From positions 93,558,001-93,622,000 of the forward strand of contig OX597814.1 in NCBI GenBank assembly GCA_951406725.2: a DNA stretch of 64,000 bases, read 5' to 3'. The notes under the pieces were generated by a model. It saw nothing but the letters and a program-made list of their open reading frames with translations, made no database searches and was not told the origin of the DNA. Positions 38,395 through 52,129 of this stretch are shown piece by piece. This stretch comes from Octopus vulgaris (lineage: Eukaryota). The translations under genes were made by a program, and so were the position numbers. Numbering within the stretch: the stretch's first letter is position 1; each line of letters opens with the position of its first letter.

Positions 38395-39179
38395 GGATAA
38401 TTATGGTTTGAACGTCTTTGATTACAACATTTAGTTGATCGAGTCGGACTTTGCCCTAAACAAGAACAACGACAAATATTATTTTCAAGTCCCGGTGTAT
38501 CATGAAATACTGAGACGCAAAGCATATCTGGATGATATTCATATTTTAGTATGATAGAATTCCTCGTGACATTGAATCTTTAAAGGCGACAAAGTGCAGG
38601 CATCTCATTAATTTCACTTTTATACAAGAATTCAAAAGTAAACTGTTGCAAAACGCTATACAGGTGATGATTTAGTTTTGTGAAAAACAGCAAATAATAG
38701 AAGCACTACAAATGCAAGATTATTAGAGAAACAAATGAATTTGTTGCGCATCATCTCTGCAACAATGCCAATTAGAAATTAGAATTACATGTGGAATGTG
38801 CACAAAAGAGACAAAATTTGTTATCGAACTAAGAATTACACGCCCTCACACTCACAGGCACACACAGAGAAGCACACACAGAGAGGCACACACACACATA
38901 CACACACATTGTGTGTCTGCATTGATATGACAAAATATATGTGTATGTACTGTAAAATCGAGTTCTTCCTTTGTTACAATCACCTAATCGGGATCGTTTC
39001 CTCTCTTTGTATACACGCACACACTTTGCATACATGCATATATACATACACACATATACAGAAACACAAACACACGCACACGCATACGCACAACAGGCTT
39101 CTAACTATCAATTTGCACTCAGTATCTCACAAGGTGTTTATCAACTGAAAGCTCTTATAGCCTTAAATATCGGTTGTTA

Positions 39180-39990
39180 GTTCAAGCTAGACTGTTTGAT
39201 TATCAAAGTTAGAGTCGCTTTGAAGATTTCTCCTAACATAGCCATGCATAAACTTCTGTTGATACCCCGAAAACCTTTCAAATGAAGATATGTTCCGCTG
39301 AAACAGCAATCTCCTTGTGCATGTTTCCCTAGTCATTACACAGGTGATACTTCTAAGGAACTTCTTTACAATTCTCACGAGGTTTCATGACTAATTTTTG
39401 AATACTTGATTTCCTGCAGTTATTAGATTTTCTTCGGTGTTATAAGGCTGTTTGAATCTATGGGAAACTTCTTCCTCCTTGTTTTAAGTTTAAGTATAGG
39501 CATTCTACATCACGGTTGATGCGGAAATTTCTTGTATTATTTAATAACTGTCTTTCATATTTTATCCAATCGAGTTATCCAAAATGCTGTTAATAGTGCA
39601 GAGTATAGCAAACATTGTATGTTACTAATTTTTGTGTGTGCTGAGAATTCTGAGTGCTATATCATCTGGTTACGTGAACCTCGCTACAAGTTCAGTCACA
39701 AGATATATGTTCCTCTATCTCTGTCGCATAGCTCATCAGAAAACATAGATATAGGCAGGCTAGTGATGGAAATGGCACCGAACTTGGCTTTTAGCATTCA
39801 CTCATTTTACAATCAGGATACTTTAACTTTTGTGAATGCTGTGTCTAAGTTTACATTCTTTTTCGTGCGATTCATATTCTTGGCATATACTTTCAAGTTG
39901 TTTACAAAAAACTGTGTAGCAGGCTGGTGTTTCTACCTTCCTGTAAGTTTTCAGATTTCCCCAACAAAAAGGGTCAGTGTGATACTGTAT
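39180..39990 (-). mobile_element. Second, older R4/Dong-type RT fragment
   Basis: Minus strand FFVNNLKVYAKN (FVDDLKLYA), RNFRINRDVECLYLNLKQGGRS (DVDRLYxxRxxGGRG), KFMHGYV; many stops and frameshifts. Confidence 0.8.
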
Positions 39991-40279
39991 ACATCATTGG
40001 ATGTATACAATATTACACTGAGCACTTCCTGTATTTAACTACAGGTGGTTGCCCTAGGACAGAGCCACGTTGTCAATAAGCCTTGAATATCGCCGCTGGA
40101 AAGTTAGCAAGTCCATGGAAGGGTTAGCACAAACCTGTATGGAACAGAATCCAACGTTTCCTTGTTATACAGTGAATAAACTAAATACTATGTCACTAGA
40201 CTCCTGGCATCACAGTTTTAGTTAACTGGAAATTTGTCAAAAGGGGAGATAATCTCAACAATCAAGAATTGTCAACTAT

Positions 40280-40735
40280 ACAGTTCAAACCTTCCTCCGC
40301 CACTCACTCCACATTCCAATTACCTTCCCTGTGCTTCGTGCTCGCACCCATCTCCTCACATACACGCTTTCTTCGCACACAATAGTTACACACAAGAATA
40401 CCACTCATCTTCCCTAACCCACATCACTATATTTCCTCATATGTACACTTTTACGCATATCTCTTCCTGCTAAAAACAACATGCACCCATCCCTCACCTC
40501 TTATAGTTTCCTCCAGTACAAATACACACATACATCTTTTTACACTCGATCCCATCCTTGGAACCGCATTTCCAACTAATTCCTACTTCTTCGAGTGTTT
40601 TTATCTTCTCTCTCGCTGGCAATTACTCTTTCTCGTTCCTTCTATGATCTATTTTGCGTCTGATAAAAGACTGGTGCCCGAAACGTCAAGACCCTCTTTC
40701 CAGTAGAGCGTTAAGCTAATACCATATGCGTGTAC
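40280..40735 (+). mobile_element. HHR-bearing repeat with C/T-rich leader (H1-related), decayed
   Basis: CTGATAA-AAGACTGGTGCCC-GAA-ACGT-C at 40660-40687, then GAGCGTTAAGCTAATAC at 40706-40722. Confidence 0.6.
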
Positions 40736-40790
40736 GCGTGTGTGTAGGTATGTATATACATACATACATACATACATACATATATGTATA

Positions 40791-40831
<41 letters not shown>

Positions 40832-41859
40832 GTACATATATATATATGTGTGTGTGTGTATGTATGTATGTATATTTATCCCGTACAGCCAAACATGCAC
40901 GAACTTGCATATAGTGTATGCATAGACATACATGCATGCGCATATTGTATACAACACATAGACAGACATAATGTAAAGTACTATATTTTAATATGGCTCT
41001 TTTATGTGCTATATTTCTAAATATTTGTACATCATTTGCTTCCAGTATAAACATGAAAAATTACAATAGATATTATTGGATATGACACTTATGCTTTTCA
41101 TACACACATGCATACATCCATAAATGCATACACATACGAATACATTCATGCTTACATACGGAAATATGCTTACACACAGAGCATGCTGAATTATCGCGAA
41201 GAGAGACGCAGTGATAGATTGATAGTTAACCGCTAGCTAGATAGATGAGAAGATAAACCGAAAGGTACGTAAAAATGAGAGAGGAAAATAAATTGCGGCA
41301 GAGAAAGAGATAAAGGTAGAGAGAGATAAAGAGGGAAGAAGAATTATGAACTACAAAAAATTCTTCAAAAATCATTGCTCCTCTTTGGTTTCTGTTTTTC
41401 CCTTTCCTCACTTCCGATCGATTTATTTCTAAGTGCGGCATTTCAGAAGCTACATCAAGACGATCACGGGGATTTTTGTTTCGTGGTTTCGTAAACTCTT
41501 CTTGTAGTTTTTTTTTTACTCGTTTTGTTGTTGTTCCTGGAGTTGTTGTTATTGTTGTAAAAGAAATGGTTGGTTCCTTTGATAATATGAAAGCTGTTAT
41601 TGTTATTGCTTTAGCACTAAGAAACATATTCATTTAACCAGACCTATTCTTACACATGCATGCATGCATACATACATACATACATACATACATACATACA
41701 TACATACATACATAAACACACGCACTCTTTCTCTCTTTCTCCCTCTCTGCCTCACACAGATACATATGTACGTAGTGTGTAGCTGGGAACTTTACTCTGA
41801 ACATATTGTTCACGGAAAACTTTGCGTGTGTCCTAGAATGTTTGCTTTCATACTTTCGC

Positions 41860-41920
<61 letters not shown>

Positions 41921-42094
41921 TGTGTGTGTATATATACATTTATCTTTTGTTATGTGCGCTATGTTTGTGTACATGTGTGTATGTAAAAACTGCTGAATAA
42001 TTAAGAAATTGTGAGTCCCGAGTAAATACTCCACTGCGAGACACCTTGGACAGTATTCTTTGACTTTATCTTTTATCCTACGTTGGTAGATAAC

Positions 42095-42311
42095 GTAGGG
42101 GCTAAACACAGAGGGGACAAACAAGGACAGACAAACGGATTAAATCGATTACATCGACACCAGTACGTAACTGGTACTTAATTTATCGACCCCGAAAGGG
42201 TGAAAGGCAAAGTGGACCTCGGCGGAATTTGAGCTCACAACGTAACGGCAGACGAAATACCGCTAAGCATTTCGCCCACCGTCCTAACGATTCTGCCAGC
42301 TCGCCGCCTTA
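42095..42311 (-). mobile_element. SINE family A with perfect 16-bp TSD
   Basis: TACGTTGGTAGATAAC at 42079-42094 and 42312-42327. Confidence 0.95.
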
Positions 42312-42682
42312 TACGTTGGTAGATAACATGAATACCAAGCATGTACTGAAACCAATTTAATCGAATGACAGTCTTGTGGCATTAGGACTATGTTGCCAGA
42401 TCAGTAAATAAGCAATATTACTTGAGGTTCGAAGAGAAATCATACGATATTTGTTGTATAACTCTAAGTTCTTATTTCAAATCTTGCCGAGATCGAATTC
42501 GCTTTACATTCTTTCAGGATTGACAAATTAAGTTCCAGTTTAGAAATGTATTATATCTCATCATTAAAGAGGACACTGGGTTGCAGACTAGGTAAGCCGG
42601 AAGAGCTTGGGACATTTAATTACATTTCGTTACCTTGTCAGTTCGAAAACCAACCTTTGCTTATATTATTTCTGACTTAGGC

Positions 42683-42892
42683 AAAGCGGCGAGCGGGCAG
42701 AATCGATAGCACACTGGACGAAATGTTTAGCAGTATTTCGCCGGTCGCGTCGTTCTAAGTTCAAATTCCGTCGAGGCCGACTTTGCCTTTGATCCTTTCG
42801 GGGTCGATAAATTAGGTACCAGTTGAGTACTGAGGTCGATGTAATCGACTTAATCCCTCCCCCAAAATCTCAGGCCTTGTGCCCATAGTAGT
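42683..42892 (+). mobile_element. SINE family A (short-tail), full length
   Basis: GCGGCGAGCGGGCAGAATCGATAGC..GTTCAAATTCC..CAGGCCTTGTGCCCATAGTAG. Confidence 0.92.
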
Positions 42893-43332
42893 GACTTGGG
42901 TAATGGCCAGTAATATTGAAGGCTGGAGACTAATCTTTTACGTAAATTCCAATATTTGACTGGTACTGTATTCCAACGTATCCGTAAAGATGAAACGCAA
43001 AGCTAACCTCGGTGGGATTTCAATTTAATGGTCACCTAAGAAGGAGGGGAGACAAAGTTGACTCACGACGAAATTTAAATAAAAAAACATAGAGGAATGT
43101 GACTAAAATGTTTTCGAGCTAGCGAGTGAACCTTTACATAGTCAGCTTACTTGCTAGAAATAGCACCTAATCACCTTCAAATAATGCCCTGCCAGCTTAG
43201 GTAACATAATCTTAAGGACTCTTAAAATGGCGGGATGATCACGGCTGGATTGTTTTTCATCTAGGATGATCTAGCCTTAAGGAACAATAACAACTTCAGC
43301 AATGACTTGTGTCTGGTCTAAAGATATATTTC

Positions 43333-43733
43333 GGCGAGCTGGCAGAATCGTTAGCACGCCGGGCGAAATGCCTAGCGGCATTTCGTCTGCCGTTACGTTC
43401 TGAGTTCAAGTTCCGCCGTTGTCGACTTTGCCTTTCATGCTTTCGGGGTCGATAAATTAAGTACCAGTTACGCACTGTGGTCGATATAATCGACTTAATC
43501 CGTCTGTCTGTCCTTGTTTTCCCTCTCTGTGTTTAGCCCCTTGTGGGTAGTAAAGAAATAGGTATTTCGTCTGTTGCTATGTTCTGAGTTTAAATTCCGC
43601 CGAAGTCGACTTTGCTTTTCATCATTTCGGGGTCGATAAATTAAGTACCAGTCAAGTACTGGGAACGATGTGATCGATTATCCCCCTCCTCACAAAATTC
43701 CAGGCTTTGTGTCGATAGCAGAAAGGATTATTA
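43333..43733 (+). mobile_element. SINE family A dimer (long-tail unit plus headless short-tail unit)
   Basis: Junction AAAGAAATAGGTATTTCG at 43552-43569; ends GAAAGGATTATTAT. Confidence 0.93.
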
Positions 43734-45819
43734 TACAAGGAAATTTATTAATATTTAGCCCCAGGTCAACCACGACCGAGCAGACCTGTGATCAAAGCTG
43801 TTCCAATAGTAACCATGTAAATTGTTATTGATTATCCACGACTTTATTTTTATAATATATTTTTCAAGTGCTTTATTTTTTCCAAGACGATAGGTATTAT
43901 TTGAAATAAATTTAGTTATTTGTAGTACGTCGAGTGATCACGAGAGGCTCCTACGATATTTTCTGGGTGATGTTCTTTTCGTATAATTTAGCCTTTCATC
44001 TTTTATAAAAGTTATCTTTCAAGCTATTTCAGTACCAATTTACTCGAATATAAACATAAATGATTACAACCAGCACTGGGTTTACAATTATAATCAATTT
44101 AACGCATATGTTTAGCAGAAGTTGTAAATTACTCTAAAGCCGTTTATCTATTACGTGTGTGTATGTGTGTGCTTGCGTATATATATATATATATGTATGT
44201 GTTGTGTGTGTGTATGTATGTATGTATGTATGTATGTATGTATGTATGTATGAATGAATTTGTGTATGTATATATGTATGTATTGCACTTATAAAAGCAA
44301 ATTTGGAATTTTATAAGATTTAAACCGGAAAGATTCAGAGCATCTAAAGTTGCGGCAAAATGTTGGAATAATTTCAACATTGATAAATTTGTTCTGCTCA
44401 GGTAATTGACCGAGTTTATTTATTTGTTTACGTTTTCGATGGTCATTTATATTCTGTAATGATATTATAGAATGCTTTGTTAGATTAATATATCAGGCAT
44501 ACTTTTCCCTCAGAAAAATTTCCAAAATAGCAGTTATAACGATGTTTCTAAACAACCAGACCAAATTTCATTATGATGAACTTATATTTAGAATTTCAAC
44601 TCTAAATTGAATATTACTTTTTGCCTCAATGCAAGTTTGATCTTAAAAATGTAATCAGATACTGACTTCATGTTAGTCGTTGTTTGTCTTAAGCAATTTG
44701 AACAGTGCCAAAAATTTATTTTTACTTTCATTAAAGATTAGAATGTCTTTGTAGGCGTCATTAGTCATCCGTTATAAATGTTTGATATAGACAATTAGAG
44801 ATGAAAGAAGTGACAGATTCCAATTTACAAGTCAGGCAAAACAATTTCTTTTATACAAAGAAAACAGCATATAAATAATTGTATGTTGGAATGACTGACT
44901 TAAACAAATATCTTGCGTACATGTCCATGACCTCTTGCACTAAAATCTGTAATGAAAGCGAATCCATCACACTAGACATGAAAAGTTACAATCAATTTTT
45001 GACATGAAAACATGCTAAGTAAATTATCCGCGAATAGCATTCCAATCTAATTACTTAAATTGTTATCTTCTCAATACGTTGTACACGTCGATGGACAATG
45101 ATTTTCACCACATATTGTAAACCCCATTCAATCCTCGAGGATATTTCATATCATCTCTCTGCGTTATTAATATTATCTACTCTATTGATCCTACTCACAT
45201 ATACTTCGTCCGATGGCACGCCATTTTCCATTCACTTTCTCTTCAACTTGTAACACGTTATACACTTATAACCTCGAAAGCTCAAGGCTACGCTAACTAA
45301 GGAGTTAATCAACATTTTCAACAGGATACATTATCGTAGCAATACTTAAAAATCAAAATAGAAGCATTTTATCGCGGAAATTATATCTCTTCAAACCACT
45401 CTACGGATAAACAATTGATATCTTGAGATACCACCAAAGACTTCTCAAAAATAAAAGATAGAACACAAAGTTGAACTTATAAAGTTGCTTCTTGTATTTT
45501 TGCAATTAGAAAGAGCTCCTTCTCAATGTAACTAAAGAAACTTTAAATGAATTATTTTTAGGGAAAATAAATAAATAATAATTGAGCATTAACCGTCTTA
45601 GACTGGTACTATACTTAAGCACAACATTTTATGAAGTTTTATAGTCTATATCTGGCAAAAAGAAAACAAGAACTGCTTGATCAGTTGAAATATTAACTCA
45701 TATTTATGAAAAATAGTAAGTCAGACAGGTACTGAATCGCACGTCCTTAACCATCAATAATCTCTACTTCACTGGTTGGTCTTACTCTGTTTCCTCTCCA
45801 TCAGTCAGTGCTATTTTCA

Positions 45820-46200
45820 AATTCTTAGCTCGTAACCATTCACACTTCTTGAACATCATCATACTCTTCCTTTCCGTCATCATTTAATCTACTTTACGTT
45901 ATTGCATTTTCAACGTCATCACATTGAACATTTTGACCAATATTTCCCAGCTTGCTCCTAAACATATATAAAAATTCTACACATCACACTTCCTTCTCCA
46001 AACCAACGTATATCAGTTTAAAATGAAGTAACTGTACTCGTTTATTTTAAAACATAAATCTCTACTCTGCACCAGTGCTCCACACAACCATAGTATCATT
46101 CCAAATGAAATCAACAAAATTTTCTGACTGTCATCTATCACGTATCAAGCACAAGCCTCAACAAAGCGTACAAATGTCCAAAAATATAGTTCCATCCAAC
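45820..46200 (-). mobile_element. Very decayed LINE RT-tail fragment
   Basis: Minus-strand IRWFG resembling LRWFGHV; otherwise heavily eroded. Confidence 0.3.
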
Positions 46201-47449
46201 GCAAGAACTGATATTAGCGAATAATCCAACAAGCACAATACATTCAGTAGTTTGCTCCCTTACACTAGTTTTTCATTGTGTTTGAGTCGTATTTTATGAA
46301 TGAAAATCTTTCATGAGTACAAATTTTTATGCGTAATACTCTTTTCGTTTGAAAAGGCGTTTCTACGAAGAATATTAACTTTATTTCTTTTCTTGATGCT
46401 TATTGTATGTCTAGTTGTATAGCACACTTGTTTTTCCTGTTAACAGGGATTTTGCCATAAGTCCTGACACAAACGAATGCAAAGATTGCTTATTAATGTA
46501 GAAGATATTTCTTGGAACATCAGTTGCGAGAACTCTTTTGCTGAATAATATATCAAAAGCTTTCGTAATTGGTTCCAGTTATTTATGTATTTATTTATTT
46601 TTATTTGACATGATCCATATTAATACCTAAGCGGTTACAGCATAATCTTAATGTTATGTTTATAGTTTGTCTGAAGGGAGCTGATAGCTAGAAAAACTTT
46701 AAACAAGGAATTAAATCCTGCTTATGAAAACCGTTTTATCTGTTACCACGTTACAACATATAAACTTTATTAGTTATCATATAGATAACGTAAAGCTGGC
46801 TCTATTGTGTTTATTCCCTGGTCATCTTGCAGTGAAAGAGTAGTCTTGTAATCGAGTACGATCCAGCCATGACAATCCCCATTTGATCTTTAGAAATAGT
46901 TTATCCAGTTCTAAATTATAAAATACGATTTTTATTTTAAGAGGAATATTTGGCTGCTACTTCTAGCATGCTAAGTAGCCAGTGAAAGAGTTTTCTCTTA
47001 TTGGCTCCGTGATGTAGGACAGTCATTACGTGGACTTGCAGACATCAAAGTCGTGAAATAATTCCCTCTCCAAACTAGTTTCAATTTGATTTATTACATG
47101 CATATGCAGTTACCATTAAAATGGATTTCAAGTGAAGTTAAAGCACCAATAGAGAAGCCATTTCACGGTCGCATGACCGGTTAGAAGTGGCAGCCAAATA
47201 TCTGTCAGTTAAAACTCTCTAAAGAAAAAAAATAAAGTCCCGTTAAATATACGACATTTGAAAGACGAGACATTATGGTCAGTACACAGCACATTTGATT
47301 GTAGACCTTTACAATCAGGGATGTCCTGAAGTTAAACAAGAACAAAAGCTTTAATGCATATAAAATTAAAAAAAAACAATTTGTTATAACGTCAGGAATA
47401 ACCATATTTCATACTTGTCATACAAGTTATAACACACAAAACATGTATA

Positions 47450-48125
47450 ATAATGATTTCTAATTTTGGCACAAGGTTAGCAGCATTAGAAATGGGATAA
47501 GTCGATTACATTGATCCCAGTGCTCGAATGGTACTTATTTCATCGACCCTGAAAGGCAAAGTCGATCTCGGCAAAATTTGATCTCAGAACGAGAAAACGA
47601 ACTAAATGTTGTTAAGCCTTTTGCCCGTTCTGCCAGTTCGCTGCCCTTGAATAATAATAACAACCAAAACAACAATATATAAAAGTAACATACAGAGAAT
47701 GTGTTACATAACACGAATAAAGATGTAAGATAAAGATAAACGCGACAGGAATTGAAATTAGAATGGCAACGATGAACTCTATGTAATTTGAACTCAGAAT
47801 GTAAAGAGTTGGAACAAATACCTCAAGGCATTTTTCTGACATTCTAAGGTTCTGCTCTCTTGTCGCCTACAGTGAATGATGTAATTAGAAATAATTGATG
47901 AAGAGGCCGTCAACAATGTATACTCTATCTGTTTGAAGGCCAAAGTGACAGAATCGTTAGCGCACCAGACAAAATGCTTAGCGGTATTTTGTCCATCTTT
48001 ACACTCTGAGTTCAAATTCTGCTGAGGCCTTTCACCCCTTCAGGACCAATGAAATAAACAGCAAATATGTACTGGGGTTGATGTAAAAGATTTGCGTCCT
48101 TCGACAAAATTTGAGGCCCTGTTAG
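47450..48125. mobile_element. Cluster of three diverged SINE A copies (47450-47650 -, 47780-47870 -, 47937-48125 +)
   Basis: Repeated TTTGAACTCAGAA / TCTGAGTTCAAATT and GCTAACGATTCTG / CAGAATCGTTAGC-type motifs. Confidence 0.8.
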
Positions 48126-48899
48126 AAGTGCGTGGTTGTGGTTTCTAAACAATATACCGATATATCAGGTTCATAATACTTAGACATAATAAAACAAGAA
48201 CAGAAGCGAAAGGGATGAAGTATGATTTGATACCATGGTGCTGAAGTTGACCACGTAGAAACAGTAGCTCGGTAATTCTTGTCTGTCGCCCGGTACGATT
48301 AGTCCTGAGAACAATACCTATTCACGATAAAATGACGACCACGTTATTTGTCTCAAACACCGATGGGTAACAATAACCGCTTGGCACAATTGAATACTTT
48401 CTTGATAATGGTGGTGGGTCTTCGTCGTTTAGTGATAAAGATTTAGTTATTCGAACTACTAAATAATCTGCTCCTGAATTAACGTTTAAGTGAACTGTTG
48501 AGCATTCCGCAGGTATGTGTGTCCTTAATGCAATTCCGAGGTAGAAATAACGTGATAAGTCATTGATAAGGCTGTATCTTTTGAATTACTGGTACAATTC
48601 ATATGATGAGTTTGTAGACAATTTCAGTCTATCCCATTTTTCTCAAAATATACATAGGTTGTTTCGAAGCCAGAGAAATAATATTATGCCCAACATTCTG
48701 CTTAGTGGGGTCAAACCTAGGACGTCTTGACTACGAATCGAACTTATTAACCGTTCAGCTACCTCACGCCTACACTTCCTTCAAATTAATTCCGTCTTTA
48801 TAAGAAACTCAATTCTATCTCCCCTGAATATTGTCGTCCAAATAATTGTTTGGTCTCGATGCAGCGACAGATTGCTGTTATGATATTTGTTACAGTTGA

Positions 48900-49537
48900 G
48901 AAAATTTGTTTGCAGAATTGCATGAAATAAAAAGAAAAAATGAGCGAAGTTGACTTAAAAACAAAGAAAAGGAAATGTTTTCAATACATCGATCCTTGTG
49001 TCCGACCTTCCCCTTGCAGACACAATAACAAAAAAAAAAAGGACCTACATACAGAAAGAAGTTCGAAACCCCTTCTCCAAGGCAAAAAAAGAAAGAAAAA
49101 ATGCAATTTGTATATGCTATTTAGTGATGAACTGCTGGAGGAAACGGCAACTTGGGACATAAAACTATTGAAACTAATGAATTTTATAACTTTAAAGAGG
49201 GTCACAAGTGTGTGGCTCCTGATAAGAAACAAGAGGAAAAGATAAATTCATTTCAAATCGGATTTAATATTTGGGAGGTGAACTGCAGTTGGAACTCTCT
49301 TCCAAGTATTACAAAATACGAAAAGTGGTTGGAGGAGACGGGGATTGACCTGTTAGAAGGAACAGTATACAAAAGGTAGAAAATAAGGCCACTCGTAAGT
49401 GGGGCGAGGGGTTTCATTTACATTTTTCATATTCATATTTTAATTTACATTTTTGTTTTATATTTTATATGTTTTATGTTCCACATGTTTTATTGTTTTG
49501 TCCCTCTATGTTGGCTCTTTATGGGCAATAAAGTAAT
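48900..49537 (+). mobile_element. Probable decayed L1/Tx1-like LINE 3' end whose tail matches the SINE A long tail
   Basis: A-rich sense strand with weak CWRKR..LMNF..LKR similarity, T-rich UTR, terminal TTGTTTTGTCCCTCTATGTTGGCTCTTTATGGGCAATAAAGTAAT. Confidence 0.45.
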
Positions 49538-50039
49538 ACCTTGATCCTTATATCATTCCTATCGTTTGTTCTCATATTCTTATCAAGTCTAGGACACGTG
49601 AACCCAAAATATTGATATATATATATAGGAATAAATCTCATTTATTAAAACAAAATGCGGTGTCGACGACTTCTTGACTCAAGATTTCTGTTTTATTTTA
49701 TAAAATATTTCTAACAAAGTTTTCTCAAAACCAAACTAAGTAGTGTGTATCAGAATAATAATGTGAATTGACAAAAATAACCGAGTTTCAAGGTAGAAAA
49801 TAAGGCGGGTGTGTAGCCATAACGGGAATAAGAGAACGGATACTTATGGTTTTCAGTTTTGGAAGAAGACCATTAATTTTGATGGGAGGAAGAAAGTCTT
49901 GGCTTTTAATTTATTTTAGCGGCCTCAAAAGGAGAAAAGACAAAGTAGACTTCGCCGTAAAGAACCGGAAGAAATGCTGTTAGGCATTTTGTTCGATGAA
50001 ATGAGGATTCTTCTGTAAAAAAGATGCATAATAATAAGG

Positions 50040-50400
50040 TGGTAGAATATACAAAAATTTAGAAATATATATGGAGATGTACTTGCATAGCAAGTGACCT
50101 GATCTGAGATCGCATGCTGAAACAAAAATAATTGCAGCGTGGGAGGTGTTTATAAGCCATTTAAAACACACACAAAAAACCGTTAGATTCACTTCAACAT
50201 TTAAATTTAATTTGTCAAAATATTTTCGTCGCTTTCAGACCGCAACCTGTTCACTGACAAAATTCTGTGCTGCATCACAGTGAACAGGTCTCAAAGCGAA
50301 GAAAATATTTTGGCAAATTAGATTTAAATGTTGAAGTGAACCTAACGGTTTTTGTGTGTTTTTAAATGGCTTATAAATACCTTCCACGCTGTAAAAATAT
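50040..50400. mobile_element. Inverted-repeat element (about 120-bp arms, 21-bp spacer) with outward-facing variant hammerheads
   Basis: 50133-50256 is the imperfect reverse complement of 50278-50393. Confidence 0.9.
50211..50261 (-). ncRNA. Minimal type I hammerhead variant with G3-C8 core
   Basis: TTTGTCA-GTGAACA-G-GTTGC-GGTCTGAAA-GCGAC-GAA-AATATT-T-TGACAAA: 7-bp stem I, 5-bp stem II, palindromic stem III. Confidence 0.7.
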
Positions 50401-51303
50401 ATAGAATAGGTAATAATGACAGGTATACCAGAATGCCTGTGTGTCATAGCATATAGAAAATATGACAATAGAATTAAAAAATAAATGCAACAGAATCAGT
50501 TGAGATTTCTGATTCAAAGTATCTTATATATCTTAATGTGTTGTTGAGACACGTAAATTTTGTGTGATTAATTGTAGATTCCTAGCCATTAATAAATTCT
50601 TGATGACACCACTCAGTGCTTAACAAAAACAGAGCGCCTAAAATCGAATTTAGAACTAGGACACGAAACCAATTACAAAATTGATTAATTTTCTCGTTAC
50701 ATTTTGAAGGTGACGCGAAAAAAAACCCTGAATTCAGAACCTTAAAGAAATATTAATTAAACAATCTCCAGCATATAAAAAATGACGAGGAGAACCTATT
50801 CATCATGTTTTAATACCAGTTTATTTGAAAGAGACAGTGATAATTAATGCTTTATCAGTAAATGAAGTGCCATGAAAACAATCAGGATGTCATGTCTTCA
50901 AATTACAATTCTTATTATTTCTAATAGCTTCTTTTTAGGTAAGTAGATAATTAAATGGCATAAGGTGATTTGACTCACAGGTCTTAATCTTAATGAGAAA
51001 TTCAAAAGTCATTAGCTTGTAATTCGGTTGTTAATGCAAAGAAATTAATCTGCTTCATTTGAATTTGTGCGGATTAACAAATTATTTAATATGTTTATTT
51101 GGAGATAAAAGTTATAATTAATATTCCTAAAGGAAACCAGGTCTTCAGAGCAAAAGTAAACTGAACCTTATTTGGTCTGATGGTGTAAAATATTCAGTAA
51201 GTATTTCTGGATACTCAGTGCAAGTAAAACACTGTCAAAGTTTCAATTCATATTACTGTACATGTCATGGTCACTACAACTTACTCTTACACCAACTTGT
51301 TCT

Positions 51304-51378
51304 TTCTAAATCTAAATCTTTGTGCTTGTAAAAAATTCTATTCTAAATCTAAATCTTTGTGCTTGTAAAACATTCTAT
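51304..51378. repeat. 37-bp tandem duplication
   Basis: TTCTAAATCTAAATCTTTGTGCTTGTAAAA(A/C)ATTCTA x2. Confidence 0.9.
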
Positions 51379-52129
51379 CTAAAAGGAGCCAGGCACTAAA
51401 TAAATACAAAATCATATGCTGAACTTAAATCGTACAGCCAGTTTTAGAAGGCAACAAAAAGCCATATGAGAATTATGTTACCAGATGAATAATACTTCAC
51501 TAAAGTAAGCTGGGATAATTACGGTAACTTAATTTTAATTTGCCCAATTCAAGTGGTAACGTTATTTTCTCTTGCTTTCTCACTATTAGATGAAGATCAA
51601 CTGACCAAATGTTTGATTATTCACTCTTCACTGAAAACTGAATTTATAGAACTCTTCCTCGAAATCTATTGACTCAAAGCAGACCATCGTTAATCTCCTT
51701 CGATTCTGGATTTTGTACTGCTTAATATTAGGAACAGTATCAGAAAACTGACAAGCTTTTACGCTTTATTGTTTGATTAAACAAAATATTTTAAAAAGCA
51801 AGAGATAAAAACCATGTTCACAGACAATATCACTAAAGCAATAATAGTAATTCCTCTCTTTCTCCCTGTCTTACTCTCTCTTCACTGAAGCTAATAATTA
51901 GAGATAATAGTAATCCTGTTGCCAAAATAGTTAATAATCATTTTAGGAGAGTGTTTTCTGATAAAAACTATGATACAAAGATTTTCTATTTAAATCCAAA
52001 GGCAACTTAGTGAAATTAGAATACAATGTGATTTTGATTCTAAAGTTTTCAGTATTTTATTTGCTATATAATATTAGTGAAGTGAAATAAATTGTAATAT
52101 TGAACTAAATAGCAGTTAATATTTATTTG

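Noticed and set aside
39532-40038. 168-aa plus-strand ORF
   Set aside because: Antisense to a decayed Dong RT fragment; no recognisable domain.
49152-49379. 75-aa ORF vaguely like a Vsr/DUF559 nuclease tail
   Set aside because: Catalytic motifs are absent; better explained as part of a decayed LINE 3' end.
51131-51203. Possible plus-strand mini-exon ending in GTAAGT
   Set aside because: Weak acceptor, no partner exons or recognisable peptide.
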